A stretch of DNA of 64,000 bases from contig WRLO01000001.1 in the NCBI GenBank assembly GCA_009777575.1, forward strand, positions 15,493 through 79,492. The letters are read 5' to 3'. Below the pieces are notes generated by a model. The model worked only from the letters and a program-made list of their open reading frames with translations, was not told where the DNA came from and ran no database searches. Shown here in pieces: positions 7,918 through 16,845 of the stretch (position 1 is its first letter; the number at the start of each line of letters is the position of its first letter). Source of the stretch: Candidatus Cloacimonadota bacterium (GTDB lineage: Bacteria; Cloacimonadota; Cloacimonadia; Cloacimonadales; WRIO01). The position numbers were made by a program, and so were the translations under genes.

Positions 7918-8302
7918 TTTAATAATATTAATTATTTTATTAATTATTACATCGTGCAGCGTGCAATCAAATTATATCCAAACTTGGAATACAAGGCAGA
8001 TAAAAACTGTCTATGTTAAACCGTTTTCTACAGAACTAATTGGAGAAGACGAAGTGGTAAATCAACTGACAGAAGAAGCAAAACGCTTCATCCGTTCTAT
8101 CAATAAATTTCAACTGGTCACTGCAGAAAATACAGCAGATGCTGTTTTTTCAGGTGAACTTATTGATAAACAAGACAGATACATTATTTTTAATTATTGG
8201 ATGATAAGCAGAACTGGCTTGTTAATTGGTGAAAATTCAGGTTATATCAACATTGCACAAACTCGTAAACGCTTTAGTAATATGAAAAAATTAATTAAAT
8301 AA
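7904..8302 (+). CDS. Small lipoprotein with LptE/LpoB-like pattern
   Basis: The ORF-track frame 7787..8302 contains an internal ATG at 7904 giving MMRTNLIILIILLIITSC (lipobox ITSC). It overlaps the upstream stop by 14 nt. Pattern: KTVYVKPFS...ADAVFSGELI. Confidence 0.75.
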   Translation: MMRTNLIILIILLIITSCSVQSNYIQTWNTRQIKTVYVKPFSTELIGEDEVVNQLTEEAKRFIRSINKFQLVTAENTADAVFSGELIDKQDRYIIFNYWMISRTGLLIGENSGYINIAQTRKRFSNMKKLIK

Positions 8303-8315
8303 ATATGGAGGTAAA

Positions 8316-8906
8316 ATGTTAAAAAAAATAACATTTGCAACAATTTTCTTATTGATGTTTTGGATGCTTAATGCACAAATGATGAGTGCACGGCAGAGAC
8401 ATTTGAGAATCAACTTAGGTGGTGGCGTTAGTTGGATTATCGGAGAAGATGTAAAAAACAAAGATGATAATCACGTTTATGAACCACAATTTAACTTTGG
8501 GGCTGGGTTGTCTTGGGTGGGTGATTCACCTGACAAAATTAGCTTTGAACCGGGAATACGCTATGTAATGCGTGGATTTGACGAAATTTATGATAAAGAC
8601 TCTGAAAATCCGAGATATGAAGGTACATCAATATCATATATTGATGTCTATGGGAAAATAAAGTATGGTATAGGCCAGTTCTATATGTCCATAGGTTCAG
8701 GAGTTGCTATTGCACCTTTCACAGAACACTACAATACTTTCAATGTACCGCTGATGATGGGATTCGATTATTATTTCAGACCTAACATTATTTTTGGTAT
8801 GGATATTGATATCTTGCTCCTTGATATGCCCGTAAAAGATGCATACCCTAATTTCAACAAAGTTAAAGGGATTACAGGGCTGTTTACGGTTAGTTTTTTG
8901 ATATAA
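8316..8906 (+). CDS. Outer-membrane beta-barrel protein (small OmpA-like/OMP_b-brl type)
   Basis: GGAGG RBS and signal peptide FLLMFWMLNA-Q. Alternating hydrophobic strands are rich in G/Y/F, and the C-terminus has an aromatic strand LFTVSFLI. Confidence 0.75.
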   Translation: MLKKITFATIFLLMFWMLNAQMMSARQRHLRINLGGGVSWIIGEDVKNKDDNHVYEPQFNFGAGLSWVGDSPDKISFEPGIRYVMRGFDEIYDKDSENPRYEGTSISYIDVYGKIKYGIGQFYMSIGSGVAIAPFTEHYNTFNVPLMMGFDYYFRPNIIFGMDIDILLLDMPVKDAYPNFNKVKGITGLFTVSFLI

Positions 8907-8930
8907 AAATAAATTATAAAGAGGTAAATT

Positions 8931-10682
8931 ATGAAAACAAAAAATCAAATTTTATTAGTAATTGCATTATTTGTTTTACTAATAATAGGATGTGAAACAA
9001 CAAAACCAGACCCGATAATTACTGGAGTTTTGGTAAGTCCATCTACCGCTACTGTGACTCGTGGGCATTCACAGCAATTTACAGCAACTGTAGAAGGAAC
9101 TAATGACCCACCACAAAGCGTTACATGGACAATTTCTGATGGTAGCGGTGGCTCGTCTATCAACTCAAATGGTGTTTTGTTTGTTTCTGCAAGTGAACCG
9201 GCATCTGTATTGACTGTAACGGCACGGTCTACAATCAATTCGGCTTTTTCAAGCAGTGCTACAGTTAATGTCACTGGGGCGATTATTACAAGTGTAACTA
9301 TTTCTCCAAAATCTATTAATTTGGCACAAGGGCAAACACAACAATTTACAGCCACTGTAAATGGAAGCCACAACCCGCCACAAACTGTGGCATGGTCAAT
9401 ATCAGGAAATAATTCTTCTGATACAAGTATTAACTCAAATGGTCTATTGTCTATTGCGTCAAACGAAAGTGCTAACTCAATCATTGTTAATGTTGCATCA
9501 ACCGTTAGTAGTGATATCAGCGATACTGCAACAGTAACCATAGCCAGTATGGGCGGTACATACAATGTAACAGATATCGCCTCTTGGATAGAAGCTATAC
9601 AAGGCATCAGAAACGGAGGAAACAACAGAATCCATGTAATTAATGTAACAGGTGAAGTAAATGTTAATGTCAATACTGAAGTTACCTTTGGTTCTGTAAC
9701 AAATATTCAAGTTACTATTCAAGGTGGTGGCACGCTGGCATTAACTGCTGCTGGGAATATTCTACGGATAGGGCTTAGGCATAATATCATACTGCAGGAT
9801 GTTACTTTGAAAGGAATTTCTACGAATACGACAGAGCCGGTTGTATATGTGGCTGCTGGGGGGGTACTGACGATGAGGAATGAGGCAGTTATATGTGAAA
9901 ATGGAGGTAGAGGTGTTATTGTCGATAATGGAGAATTGAATATGGAAGGAGGGAGTATAAGAGACAATATAACACCTTGGACATGGGATTTGACAGGTTC
10001 TGGTGTTTACATTATGAATGGAGGTACACTTACTATGTCTGGAAATGCTCAGATATCAAATAATGTTGTTGATGGGTGGCGAGTATATGGAGGTGGAGTA
10101 CATATTGGATCAAACTCAACTCTAATTATGGAAGGTGGCATAATTTCAAGCAATAGAACGGAGACAACCTTTAGAGGATGGGGTGGTGGAATCTATATTG
10201 ATGGAACATTAATTATGAACGGAGGAGAAATTTCATATAATATAGCCTCTGGTTCATCTGGTACTGGAGGGGGGGTGTATATTACATCAACTGGAAGTTT
10301 TATTATGAATAATGGAACGCTAACAGGAAATAATGCTGGTAGTTTGGGAGGTGGTGTATATGTTTACAACATTTTTACACAAAATGGGGGAACTATATCA
10401 AACAACAGTGCAGACAGAGGTGGTGGAGTATATATCGATTCATATCGCTCTTACACAATGACTGGTGGCACAATATCTGGAAATAATGCTGGTAGCAATG
10501 GTGGCGGGGTATATGTGAATAGCGGAAACACTATTTTTGCTAAAACCGGTGGCAATATCGCATCTAACACCGCTTCTCAAAATGGCAATACAGCATTTTC
10601 GAACACCAGTCCGAATAAATGGCGAAATGCCAATGCTGGACCAAATGTTAATGTTGATGATTTATTTTGGCTAAATGACTAA
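8931..10682 (+). CDS. Surface lipoprotein: two Big_2 Ig-like domains followed by beta-helix GGGVY(I/V) repeats (adhesin-like)
   Basis: Lipobox LLIIGC. Big_2 signatures are GHSQQFTATVEGTNDPPQSVTWTIS and GQTQQFTATVNGSHNPPQTVAWSIS. GGGVYI/GGGVYV repeats recur every ~25-30 aa. Confidence 0.85.
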   Translation: MKTKNQILLVIALFVLLIIGCETTKPDPIITGVLVSPSTATVTRGHSQQFTATVEGTNDPPQSVTWTISDGSGGSSINSNGVLFVSASEPASVLTVTARSTINSAFSSSATVNVTGAIITSVTISPKSINLAQGQTQQFTATVNGSHNPPQTVAWSISGNNSSDTSINSNGLLSIASNESANSIIVNVASTVSSDISDTATVTIASMGGTYNVTDIASWIEAIQGIRNGGNNRIHVINVTGEVNVNVNTEVTFGSVTNIQVTIQGGGTLALTAAGNILRIGLRHNIILQDVTLKGISTNTTEPVVYVAAGGVLTMRNEAVICENGGRGVIVDNGELNMEGGSIRDNITPWTWDLTGSGVYIMNGGTLTMSGNAQISNNVVDGWRVYGGGVHIGSNSTLIMEGGIISSNRTETTFRGWGGGIYIDGTLIMNGGEISYNIASGSSGTGGGVYITSTGSFIMNNGTLTGNNAGSLGGGVYVYNIFTQNGGTISNNSADRGGGVYIDSYRSYTMTGGTISGNNAGSNGGGVYVNSGNTIFAKTGGNIASNTASQNGNTAFSNTSPNKWRNANAGPNVNVDDLFWLND

Positions 10683-10746
10683 ATTCATAGAGGTTATTTT
10701 ATGAGTTTTAACGATTCGGTAAACAGAGGACCGCCATATTATTGGA

Positions 10747-10786
10747 ACTCGAACTTTCCAGTTCGAGTCAGTTAGAAAGCTGACTC
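10747..10786. repeat. Solo copy of the two-hairpin core of the MITE-like family, possibly acting as a terminator
   Basis: ACTCGAAC-tttcca-GTTCGAGT and GAGTCAG-ttagaaag-CTGACTC. These match the reverse complement of the core at 2622..2676. Confidence 0.6.
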
Positions 10787-10861
10787 TACACAAAAATCCC
10801 AAAAGCGATAAAAATATCAATGTCATGAAAAGAATGACAAATAAAAATAATGGAGGGTTAA

Positions 10862-12226
10862 ATGAAAACCTTGAAAAAAAGAATAAACTCAATGGAGAAA
10901 AAAATGAAAAGATATTTCTCAATCCTAAACTCCAAAGAAAGTCTTGTAAAAAAGACACTGATTTTTATGTTAATTTTATTAACAATACCAAGTATAATGC
11001 TCACACAATCTCAGTCAAATTTAAATGGCGAATTTGTATTTAGCCATGGAGATGGTTTTGAAGTATGGCGGGATCCACATGTAAGATTCCCAGAAGCACA
11101 ACAAAGACAACCATCAATTGAATTTTCGGGTGATACGTTTACATTAATTGATTATCCGATTGAATATGCAACTGATGTAGTGTCTACAAGTTGGACAAAT
11201 AGACTTCCCTTAGCTTTCGTAACAGCACAAAATAGAGAAGAGCCGCTTTTGAAATTGAATTCTTGGCAAAATCCATGGCCTTTTCATCCAGAAGAAGCTC
11301 GTTTTAGAAGGATTTTTACAGGGACATATATCGTGGAGGATAACACTATTGAATTGTCCTTTTCAAATGGAACTATAAGAGCATTGCCCTTTTCAAGAAC
11401 AACCAATACAGTAACTATCGCCAATATGCAATTTAACCGAAAACCTACTACTGACACAGCAGATAACAAAGCCTCTATGCTTGTAGGGAGATGGATATTT
11501 GAAAGTGGAAGTTCAGGCAGAAATTGGATTCAGGTTGAAGAGTTTTTTAAGGATGGAACAGGTCGGTTTGAAAGTGACAATAATCAAGGTTTTTTGTGGC
11601 TCATTGACGAAGAGTCTTTAGTTTATATCAACAACAATAGTCCTAACAGATGGAATCTTTCGATATCAGAAAATTCATTTACAATCAGACACTCTGATGG
11701 TCGCTATGCTACATATATAAGAAGTGACGGGGATCCACGTCCTCAAACTACATCATTAGAAACTATGATGGCAGAATTAAATAGGCAAAAAAGCCAACTA
11801 GAAACTATGAGACCTATGCTTTCACAATCTGGAATAAGAGAAGCAGAAGCAATAATTCAAGAATTGCAGGCTAAAATTGATGAAGAAAATCAAAAATTGG
11901 AAAAAGATTTATCGACACCTAGTACAACCCAATCTTCCAACACTGTAGCAAATCCTAAAATACAACATGAAATAGTAGGACTGTGGCATGGAGTCTCGAT
12001 GGGACAATTTGTATTTATAACTTTTTCTGATGATGGTGAATATATAGAAGAAGCACCACTTGCAGGGATATATGCCGAAGGTACATATAGTGTAAATGGA
12101 AACTCAATGACGATTACAATTCCCGGAATGAGCAGAATTCAATATCAATTTTCTATAAGGAACAATGAGCTTCACTATAGATATCAAGGTATCGATTTTC
12201 AATTTGTTAGATTGGATACGGAATAA
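10862..12226 (+). CDS. Secreted hypothetical protein with a central coiled coil and lipocalin-like GxW segments
   Basis: GGAGGG RBS 4 nt upstream. Hydrophobic signal-like segment TLIFMLILLTIPSIML, coiled coil MMAELNRQKSQLETM...QELQAKIDEENQKLEKD, and VGRWIFESG / IVGLWHGVS segments. Confidence 0.8.
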   Translation: MKTLKKRINSMEKKMKRYFSILNSKESLVKKTLIFMLILLTIPSIMLTQSQSNLNGEFVFSHGDGFEVWRDPHVRFPEAQQRQPSIEFSGDTFTLIDYPIEYATDVVSTSWTNRLPLAFVTAQNREEPLLKLNSWQNPWPFHPEEARFRRIFTGTYIVEDNTIELSFSNGTIRALPFSRTTNTVTIANMQFNRKPTTDTADNKASMLVGRWIFESGSSGRNWIQVEEFFKDGTGRFESDNNQGFLWLIDEESLVYINNNSPNRWNLSISENSFTIRHSDGRYATYIRSDGDPRPQTTSLETMMAELNRQKSQLETMRPMLSQSGIREAEAIIQELQAKIDEENQKLEKDLSTPSTTQSSNTVANPKIQHEIVGLWHGVSMGQFVFITFSDDGEYIEEAPLAGIYAEGTYSVNGNSMTITIPGMSRIQYQFSIRNNELHYRYQGIDFQFVRLDTE

Positions 12227-12240
12227 TAAAGGAGCAAAAA

Positions 12241-13509
12241 ATGAAATGTCAAAAATTTTTATCATTCACAGTATTTTTATGCCTTATGCTGACCATTGTC
12301 AGTTGTGGAAGTAAAGATGTCAAAACCTTGCTGATTGGGGAATGGGTGGGCGAAATGAGTGATGAACCAGGATTCTCAATGAAATTTAAATTTAATTTTC
12401 AAAATGACGGTTCTGGGATGTTTACTAGAGAATACAGTTACGAAGGTGAGACAGAATCATACCCACAGCCTTTAACTTGGAGTTTAAATAATGACTTTAG
12501 TTTAGTTATTACTGTGGGCGGAGATCCTGAGACATTTACAATTGTAGAAATATCTAACTCATTACTCAATCTTGAACAAGATGGTGAAACTTTGTCTTTT
12601 ATGAAACAAGGTTCTCAAAGCGGTAAAAGTGGCGGTGTTGTTCGGAATACGGGTACATCTCAAACAAGAAGAAGTGTTGTGGAGGATTTAGGTGTAGTTG
12701 GTGAAGTAGAAGCTACCATTACCAAGACGGTAAGTAATGATGGTATACATTGGAATAACATGGTAAATGACCTAAGAAATTCAGCAAGACAAGAAGCTTC
12801 GAGAGACGCAACTGGTACATTAGTTACAAAAGGCTTTGAGCAGTATGGGCAAGGATATTATAATGTCCGTAATATTGAAATACATCATCTTCGTGATCTT
12901 CCTATACGTCGTGGATCCTATCCTTTTCAATATAATGAAAGGCATTCTTATGAATTTAAAGTAACAGGTCAATTATATAAACAGAATATAATCGCACCTA
13001 AAGAATTACCAATTACTCAAGAAAGAGGTACGATAAACATGAGTATAGACCCAGGTTATAGGCGTATAATGGTTAGTTCTGATGATGATGCTCGAAATCT
13101 ATTTTTTGATGAGATGATGCGAGAAGCTATAGGTAAATATAGCAATGCTCTTGATGTGATAAATATCAAATTATCTGGTAACAATATAACAGGGCAAATT
13201 TTAATAAATATCACTTTGCCATTAAATGGCTCTGTAAACAAAGCATTGGAAAACCTCAGAAAACATATTCCCCAAGATGCGAAAGTTTCTATAGGTGACA
13301 TTAGTACACCAATCAGAAAACTAAAGAACAATGTCAACAAAGAAATAGAGTCTTACTTTAAAGACAGAGATTTTAAGTTTGTAAGGTCAAGAAGTGATTT
13401 TAGAATTACTGGAAGAATCGAAGGGGAAGGTGAAAACAGAAAATTGCATCTTCAACTGATAAACACCAAAACGGGGAACATAGTTGACTCTACAACAGTT
13501 CCGATTTAA
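12241..13509 (+). CDS. Lipoprotein with an N-terminal lipocalin-like segment and a C-terminal LpoB/CsgG-like module
   Basis: AAAGGAG RBS and lipobox TIVSC. LLIGEWVGE segment. C-terminus reads DFKFVRSRSDFRITGRIEG...KLHLQLINTKTGNIV. Confidence 0.8.
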   Translation: MKCQKFLSFTVFLCLMLTIVSCGSKDVKTLLIGEWVGEMSDEPGFSMKFKFNFQNDGSGMFTREYSYEGETESYPQPLTWSLNNDFSLVITVGGDPETFTIVEISNSLLNLEQDGETLSFMKQGSQSGKSGGVVRNTGTSQTRRSVVEDLGVVGEVEATITKTVSNDGIHWNNMVNDLRNSARQEASRDATGTLVTKGFEQYGQGYYNVRNIEIHHLRDLPIRRGSYPFQYNERHSYEFKVTGQLYKQNIIAPKELPITQERGTINMSIDPGYRRIMVSSDDDARNLFFDEMMREAIGKYSNALDVINIKLSGNNITGQILINITLPLNGSVNKALENLRKHIPQDAKVSIGDISTPIRKLKNNVNKEIESYFKDRDFKFVRSRSDFRITGRIEGEGENRKLHLQLINTKTGNIVDSTTVPI

Positions 13510-13592
13510 ATCAAGTTAAGATATTTTTAGCGAAAAAATTTTACTTATTCTTTTATGACTATTACAGAAAAGTCACTGGTGTAAACTAAAGA

Positions 13593-13665
13593 ACCGCCGT
13601 ATACCGAACGGTACGTACGGTGGTGTGGGAGGATGGTCACCCAAATAATGAGTGACCTCCTACCC
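13593..13665. repeat. GC-rich hairpins downstream of the cluster (terminator-like repeat)
   Basis: ACCGCCGTA...TACGGTGGT (13593..13624) contains a nested TACCG-aa-CGGTA. An imperfect GGGAGGATGGTCAC...GTGACCTCCTACCC follows (13627..13665). The 5-prime part resembles 10728..10745 (GACCGCCATAT). Confidence 0.55.
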
Positions 13666-13806
13666 GATTTGATACTCATACTTAGACTTCTTTTCTTTAT
13701 AAATAATCTCTTTAATTATCCATTTTCATTGGTTGTTCTTCCAATTCTTCGATGCTAGGCAGAGTTTTTAAAATCATCTGGTAACAGCTTGGATAATTGA
13801 TATTCA

Positions 13807-13954
13807 TACTGTTCCTCATTTAAAATGAAATCATAAATACATTCCGTAGTGGAGGAGCTTGCCTCCGTCCAATATTGATGATATATTAATTTTGGACGGA
13901 GGCAAGCTCCGCCACTACGGAATATGAGAATTACATTTTATATGAGGATTAGTA
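13807..13954. mobile_element. 148-bp MITE-like element inserted in the DUF1016 gene
   Basis: Imperfect TIRs TACTGTTCCTCATTTAAAATG / TACTAATCCTCATATAAAATG. The 32-bp hairpin arms 13841..13872 and 13892..13923 have one mismatch. Identical TATTCA flanks sit at 13801..13806 and 13953..13958. Confidence 0.7.
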
Positions 13955-14414
13955 TTCAGAAACGCCAATAGGTTGATTTAATATTTCTAAGTGATAAAAA
14001 AGCAGGTCTATAAATCGTTCTGTTTCTCCTATATTCACTGGTATTTGTCTACCGACATAAGCAAAACCATGCCCAAGTTCCAATAATAATTTTGTAATAT
14101 TTGTCGTCAGAGCATCTTCAAGCTCTTTTTCTTTATAGTTATCAGTAAGGGTTATAAAATCAAAATTATATGGGTCTTTTAAAATTTGATGTGCAAGGGC
14201 ACTTTGTGGTTCTGGTAAAAGACGCGAGAAATTGGTTTGTGCTTTTCCTTGTATTAAATACAAATCAGCTTTAATAAAATTCATCAAAACAGCACGACTC
14301 CATCCATTTTCGATGGTCTTTTGCACATAAAATAGAGCTTCTTTTATGGATTTGCATTTGGTAATGATTTCTCTGTGATGCCCCCAAGGAATTTGAAAAA
14401 TAGGGTGATTTACG

Positions 14415-14516
14415 AATTCGTCCACAACTTGTGGACGAATTGTAACGCCTTTATTTTCAATTGAATGTAATTCCGCACCAAGTTGTTGCGGAATTTCGTC
14501 ACCAAGTTGGTGACGA
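14415..14516. repeat. Cluster of palindromes embedded in frame in the DUF1016 remnant
   Basis: AATTCGTCCACAA-C-TTGTGGACGAATT (14415..14441), TTCAATTGAA, AATTCCGCA...TGCGGAATT (14469..14495), TCGTCACCAA-G-TTGGTGACGA (14496..14516). Confidence 0.9.
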
Positions 14517-14815
14517 TTTGAGTTTTCATTTGAATAAAATAAATAAAAACGTTTAATGTAAAGCAAATTTCTTTCAGAAAAACCCCTCATATCAGAAAAT
14601 TCTTTTATGCACTTGAGAAGTTGTCTTTTATACTCTTCTTCTATGTCTACCCAATTTTGCTTTTCAATTTTTTCACTAATCAAAAACAGAAATTTTTTTT
14701 AACATCAAAGGATGTTCTAACAATTCCATCTATTTCTACTTTATTTTAAACCAGCGATAACCTACCTCGTTAGGTTTTCTTGAATTAATAAAATCATAAA
14801 GGTTGTTAATTATAA

Positions 14816-14965
14816 TTATTTCATCTTCATAATTATATTTATGTCTTTTTTCTTCTTTAACTTTTTTCTCATTTTATCCCAAAAATAATCTATAAAATCA
14901 TTATAACTGGTTTTTAAACCATGGGCAAAGTCAAAACCATTTCCAATTAAAATAATCCTATTCAT
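14816..14965 (-). pseudogene. AbiH-family (abortive infection) N-terminal fragment, 49 codons
   Basis: Hand translation MNRIILIGNGFDFAHGLKTSYNDFIDYFWDKMRKKLKKKKDINIIMKMK then stop. IGNGFDxAHGLxTSYxDF is the AbiH N-terminal signature as I recall it. Full-length members are several-fold longer. Confidence 0.6.
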
Positions 14966-15003
14966 ACCGAATTTTGAAACTCCTCATTTTAATATAAAGA
15001 AAT

Positions 15004-16401
15004 TTAAGATTTTTCTTCCAACAATCCCGTGTTTATTATCCAAATTCCTTTTTTCCTCGAACCTGCTCTTTCTATTAATCCTATTCTTTTTAGATAGCGA
15101 ATATTCTTATCTATCCCATGTATAGATATTCCAATTTCCGATGCAATATCACCCATGGTAACAGTAGGTTTTTCATGTAAAATATTCAAAATTTTCTGTT
15201 GCGTCTCGTTTAACCCGTACTTTATCTCGTACTTTATCTCGTACTTTTCTCCTTCATTGTTTTCTAAACCAGCTTTTTTTCTATAATTATCCTCAACATG
15301 AAACCCTATCATGACATCATTACCTTTGACTCGATAAAAAGGTTTTTGCAACCCCCAATCTTTGCAAGCATTTGTTATCTTTTCAACCCCTCTTCCCCAA
15401 GACTCAATCTGTCCAGAACGAAAAAACGCACCTGCTATAAATGGATTGTATGGTTTTGAAGTGTGTTTTGAGAAGAGGTCATCGACAGTCCACGAGTCTG
15501 GAAGTTTGCCATCATTGTAAATCAAAACTTCTTCTGGGTAAATATGAATATGTATTGGATTGCCCGTGCTGTAATCTCTATGTATGATAGCGTTTAAGAT
15601 TGCCTCTCTAAAAGCTTGGCGCGGAATGGGGAATGTCTCTATTCTTTGCATCCCCTCATAGCTAATGATACCTTTAAAGTATTTCGAATAAACTAAATCT
15701 TCTGCTTTATCAGCCATTGTTATCAATGGTCCATGTATTTCATCTTGAAAAATAAGGTCTGCTGCATTGGCAAAATAACCTATTTTGATATAAGCACCTG
15801 GCACCCAATTCTCAGGTTCTTGATGAAACACAAGCAAAGCTGCTCTTTTCAGATAATCTCCTTCAATAAGATGAAGATTCTCGAGAAGCTCTTCATCATT
15901 AATTTCAAGATCTTGTGCAGTCAAACGACCGCTCGCTTTAGCCTTACGGCGAAATGATTTAAAAGCATCTTTATCAAAATCATCATAAGATACTCTGGGA
16001 ATTGGGACGCCATCCCAGGTCTTCCCTTTTCTTCTTAAAATAAAGTCATCAAGAGCGTTTCCAGTAAGCTCCTGGGTAGTGCTACCCGAACGCAAATAAT
16101 AAACACCTCGATAGCTGATAGGAAATGGATAAGAATTTATTTTGATTGAAATATATTTTTTCTCGCCAACGATATGAAGAGCAACATCAGCAACTATAGC
16201 CATGCTGTTCTTTATTTTATTTGGTAAATCTTCCATGAGTTTTTTGGTATCGAATAAACCAACTGTTTCACCTTTATCATTTCTTCCTATATCAAGTCTA
16301 CCACCTGAAGCATTAGCAAAGGCACATATAGTTTTTAAATGATTGTCATGCCAAGATTCTTTATATTCGAGATTGTGGGTTTCGAAAGAATAGTTATCCA
16401 T
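15004..16401 (-). CDS. AlbA_2 (Schlafen-type) / HATPase_c_4-like ATP-binding protein with C-terminal winged-helix
   Basis: 465-aa ORF with HNLEYKESW...ICAFANASGGRLDIG, REAILNAIIHRDY and a C-terminal HTH TMGDIASEIGISIHGIDKNIRYLKRIGLIER. A short 15-nt tandem encodes KYEIKYEIKY. Confidence 0.85.
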   Translation of the reverse strand: MDNYSFETHNLEYKESWHDNHLKTICAFANASGGRLDIGRNDKGETVGLFDTKKLMEDLPNKIKNSMAIVADVALHIVGEKKYISIKINSYPFPISYRGVYYLRSGSTTQELTGNALDDFILRRKGKTWDGVPIPRVSYDDFDKDAFKSFRRKAKASGRLTAQDLEINDEELLENLHLIEGDYLKRAALLVFHQEPENWVPGAYIKIGYFANAADLIFQDEIHGPLITMADKAEDLVYSKYFKGIISYEGMQRIETFPIPRQAFREAILNAIIHRDYSTGNPIHIHIYPEEVLIYNDGKLPDSWTVDDLFSKHTSKPYNPFIAGAFFRSGQIESWGRGVEKITNACKDWGLQKPFYRVKGNDVMIGFHVEDNYRKKAGLENNEGEKYEIKYEIKYGLNETQQKILNILHEKPTVTMGDIASEIGISIHGIDKNIRYLKRIGLIERAGSRKKGIWIINTGLLEEKS

Positions 16402-16585
16402 TTATGCTCCTTATTTTCATATTTTCTAATAAATATTTTAATCGGTTTTCTACCTCTAGAATTATCTCACTCCATTTTTTTACAAAAACTTTATAATTAT
16501 CATCTTTTACAGTTAATCCTGTTGATTTATCAGTTATTTTTCTTGCTACAATATCATCATAATCCTGTCCATATATACACTTCAA
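16394..16585 (-). CDS. Small hypothetical ORF overlapping the AlbA_2 start (possibly the tail of a decayed gene)
   Basis: 63-aa ORF whose stop overlaps the ATG of 15004..16401 (ATAAATGGATAA). The region upstream to 16790 is broken into short stop-interrupted frames. Confidence 0.3.
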   Translation of the reverse strand: MKCIYGQDYDDIVARKITDKSTGLTVKDDNYKVFVKKWSEIILEVENRLKYLLENMKIRSING

Positions 16586-16845
16586 TGGCTTTTTCAGGTT
16601 TTATATTTTTCAAAATTCATTTTTATTGTATTGGATGTTATTTCAACCGTTTACGAGTTCATTTTGAATATCTCCTTGGATTATATATATTTTGTCTAAA
16701 GCATTTATTGCTCTGTTAATATCTCTATTTTAAATGATCTTAATTTCTGTAGAAAGCTGAGTTCACATCTAACAAATAATCCATACTAAATCCTTAAAAT
16801 AACCTTTTCTCCAATAGGAGACAAATTATTTAAATCAAGCTTTTT

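Larger units (their letters stand above)
13722..14683 (-). pseudogene. DUF1016 (YhcG-like PD-(D/E)XK nuclease) gene remnant: N-terminally short, internally deleted, split by a MITE-like element, and frameshifted at the C-terminus
   Basis: The 244-aa ORF aligns with the intact paralog 16934..18070 but jumps from DLLFYH to LEILNQPIGVSEY, losing the ELK region. Its stop lies in the element terminus. Beyond the element the frame continues QLSKLLPDDFKNS, then a shifted PSIEELEEQPMKMDN with stop at 13722..13724. Confidence 0.8.

Noticed and set aside
8945-9673. A 242-aa minus-strand ORF (with 9498..9722 and 9719..9967) antisense to the Big_2 adhesin gene.
   Set aside because: The plus-strand frame carries clear Big_2 and beta-helix repeat signatures, a lipobox and an RBS. 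The antisense frames are low-complexity mirror translations of a Gly/Thr/Val-rich gene with no RBS.
2598-13954. Composite transposon or integrative element bounded by the two MITE-like units and carrying the recombinase plus the 11-gene cluster.
   Set aside because: The two units are in the same orientation and each is a self-contained palindromic element. The right one has its own local duplication within the DUF1016 gene. Sequence left of 2598 does not continue the DUF1016 reading frame. No transposase is present. The idea cannot be supported from this window.
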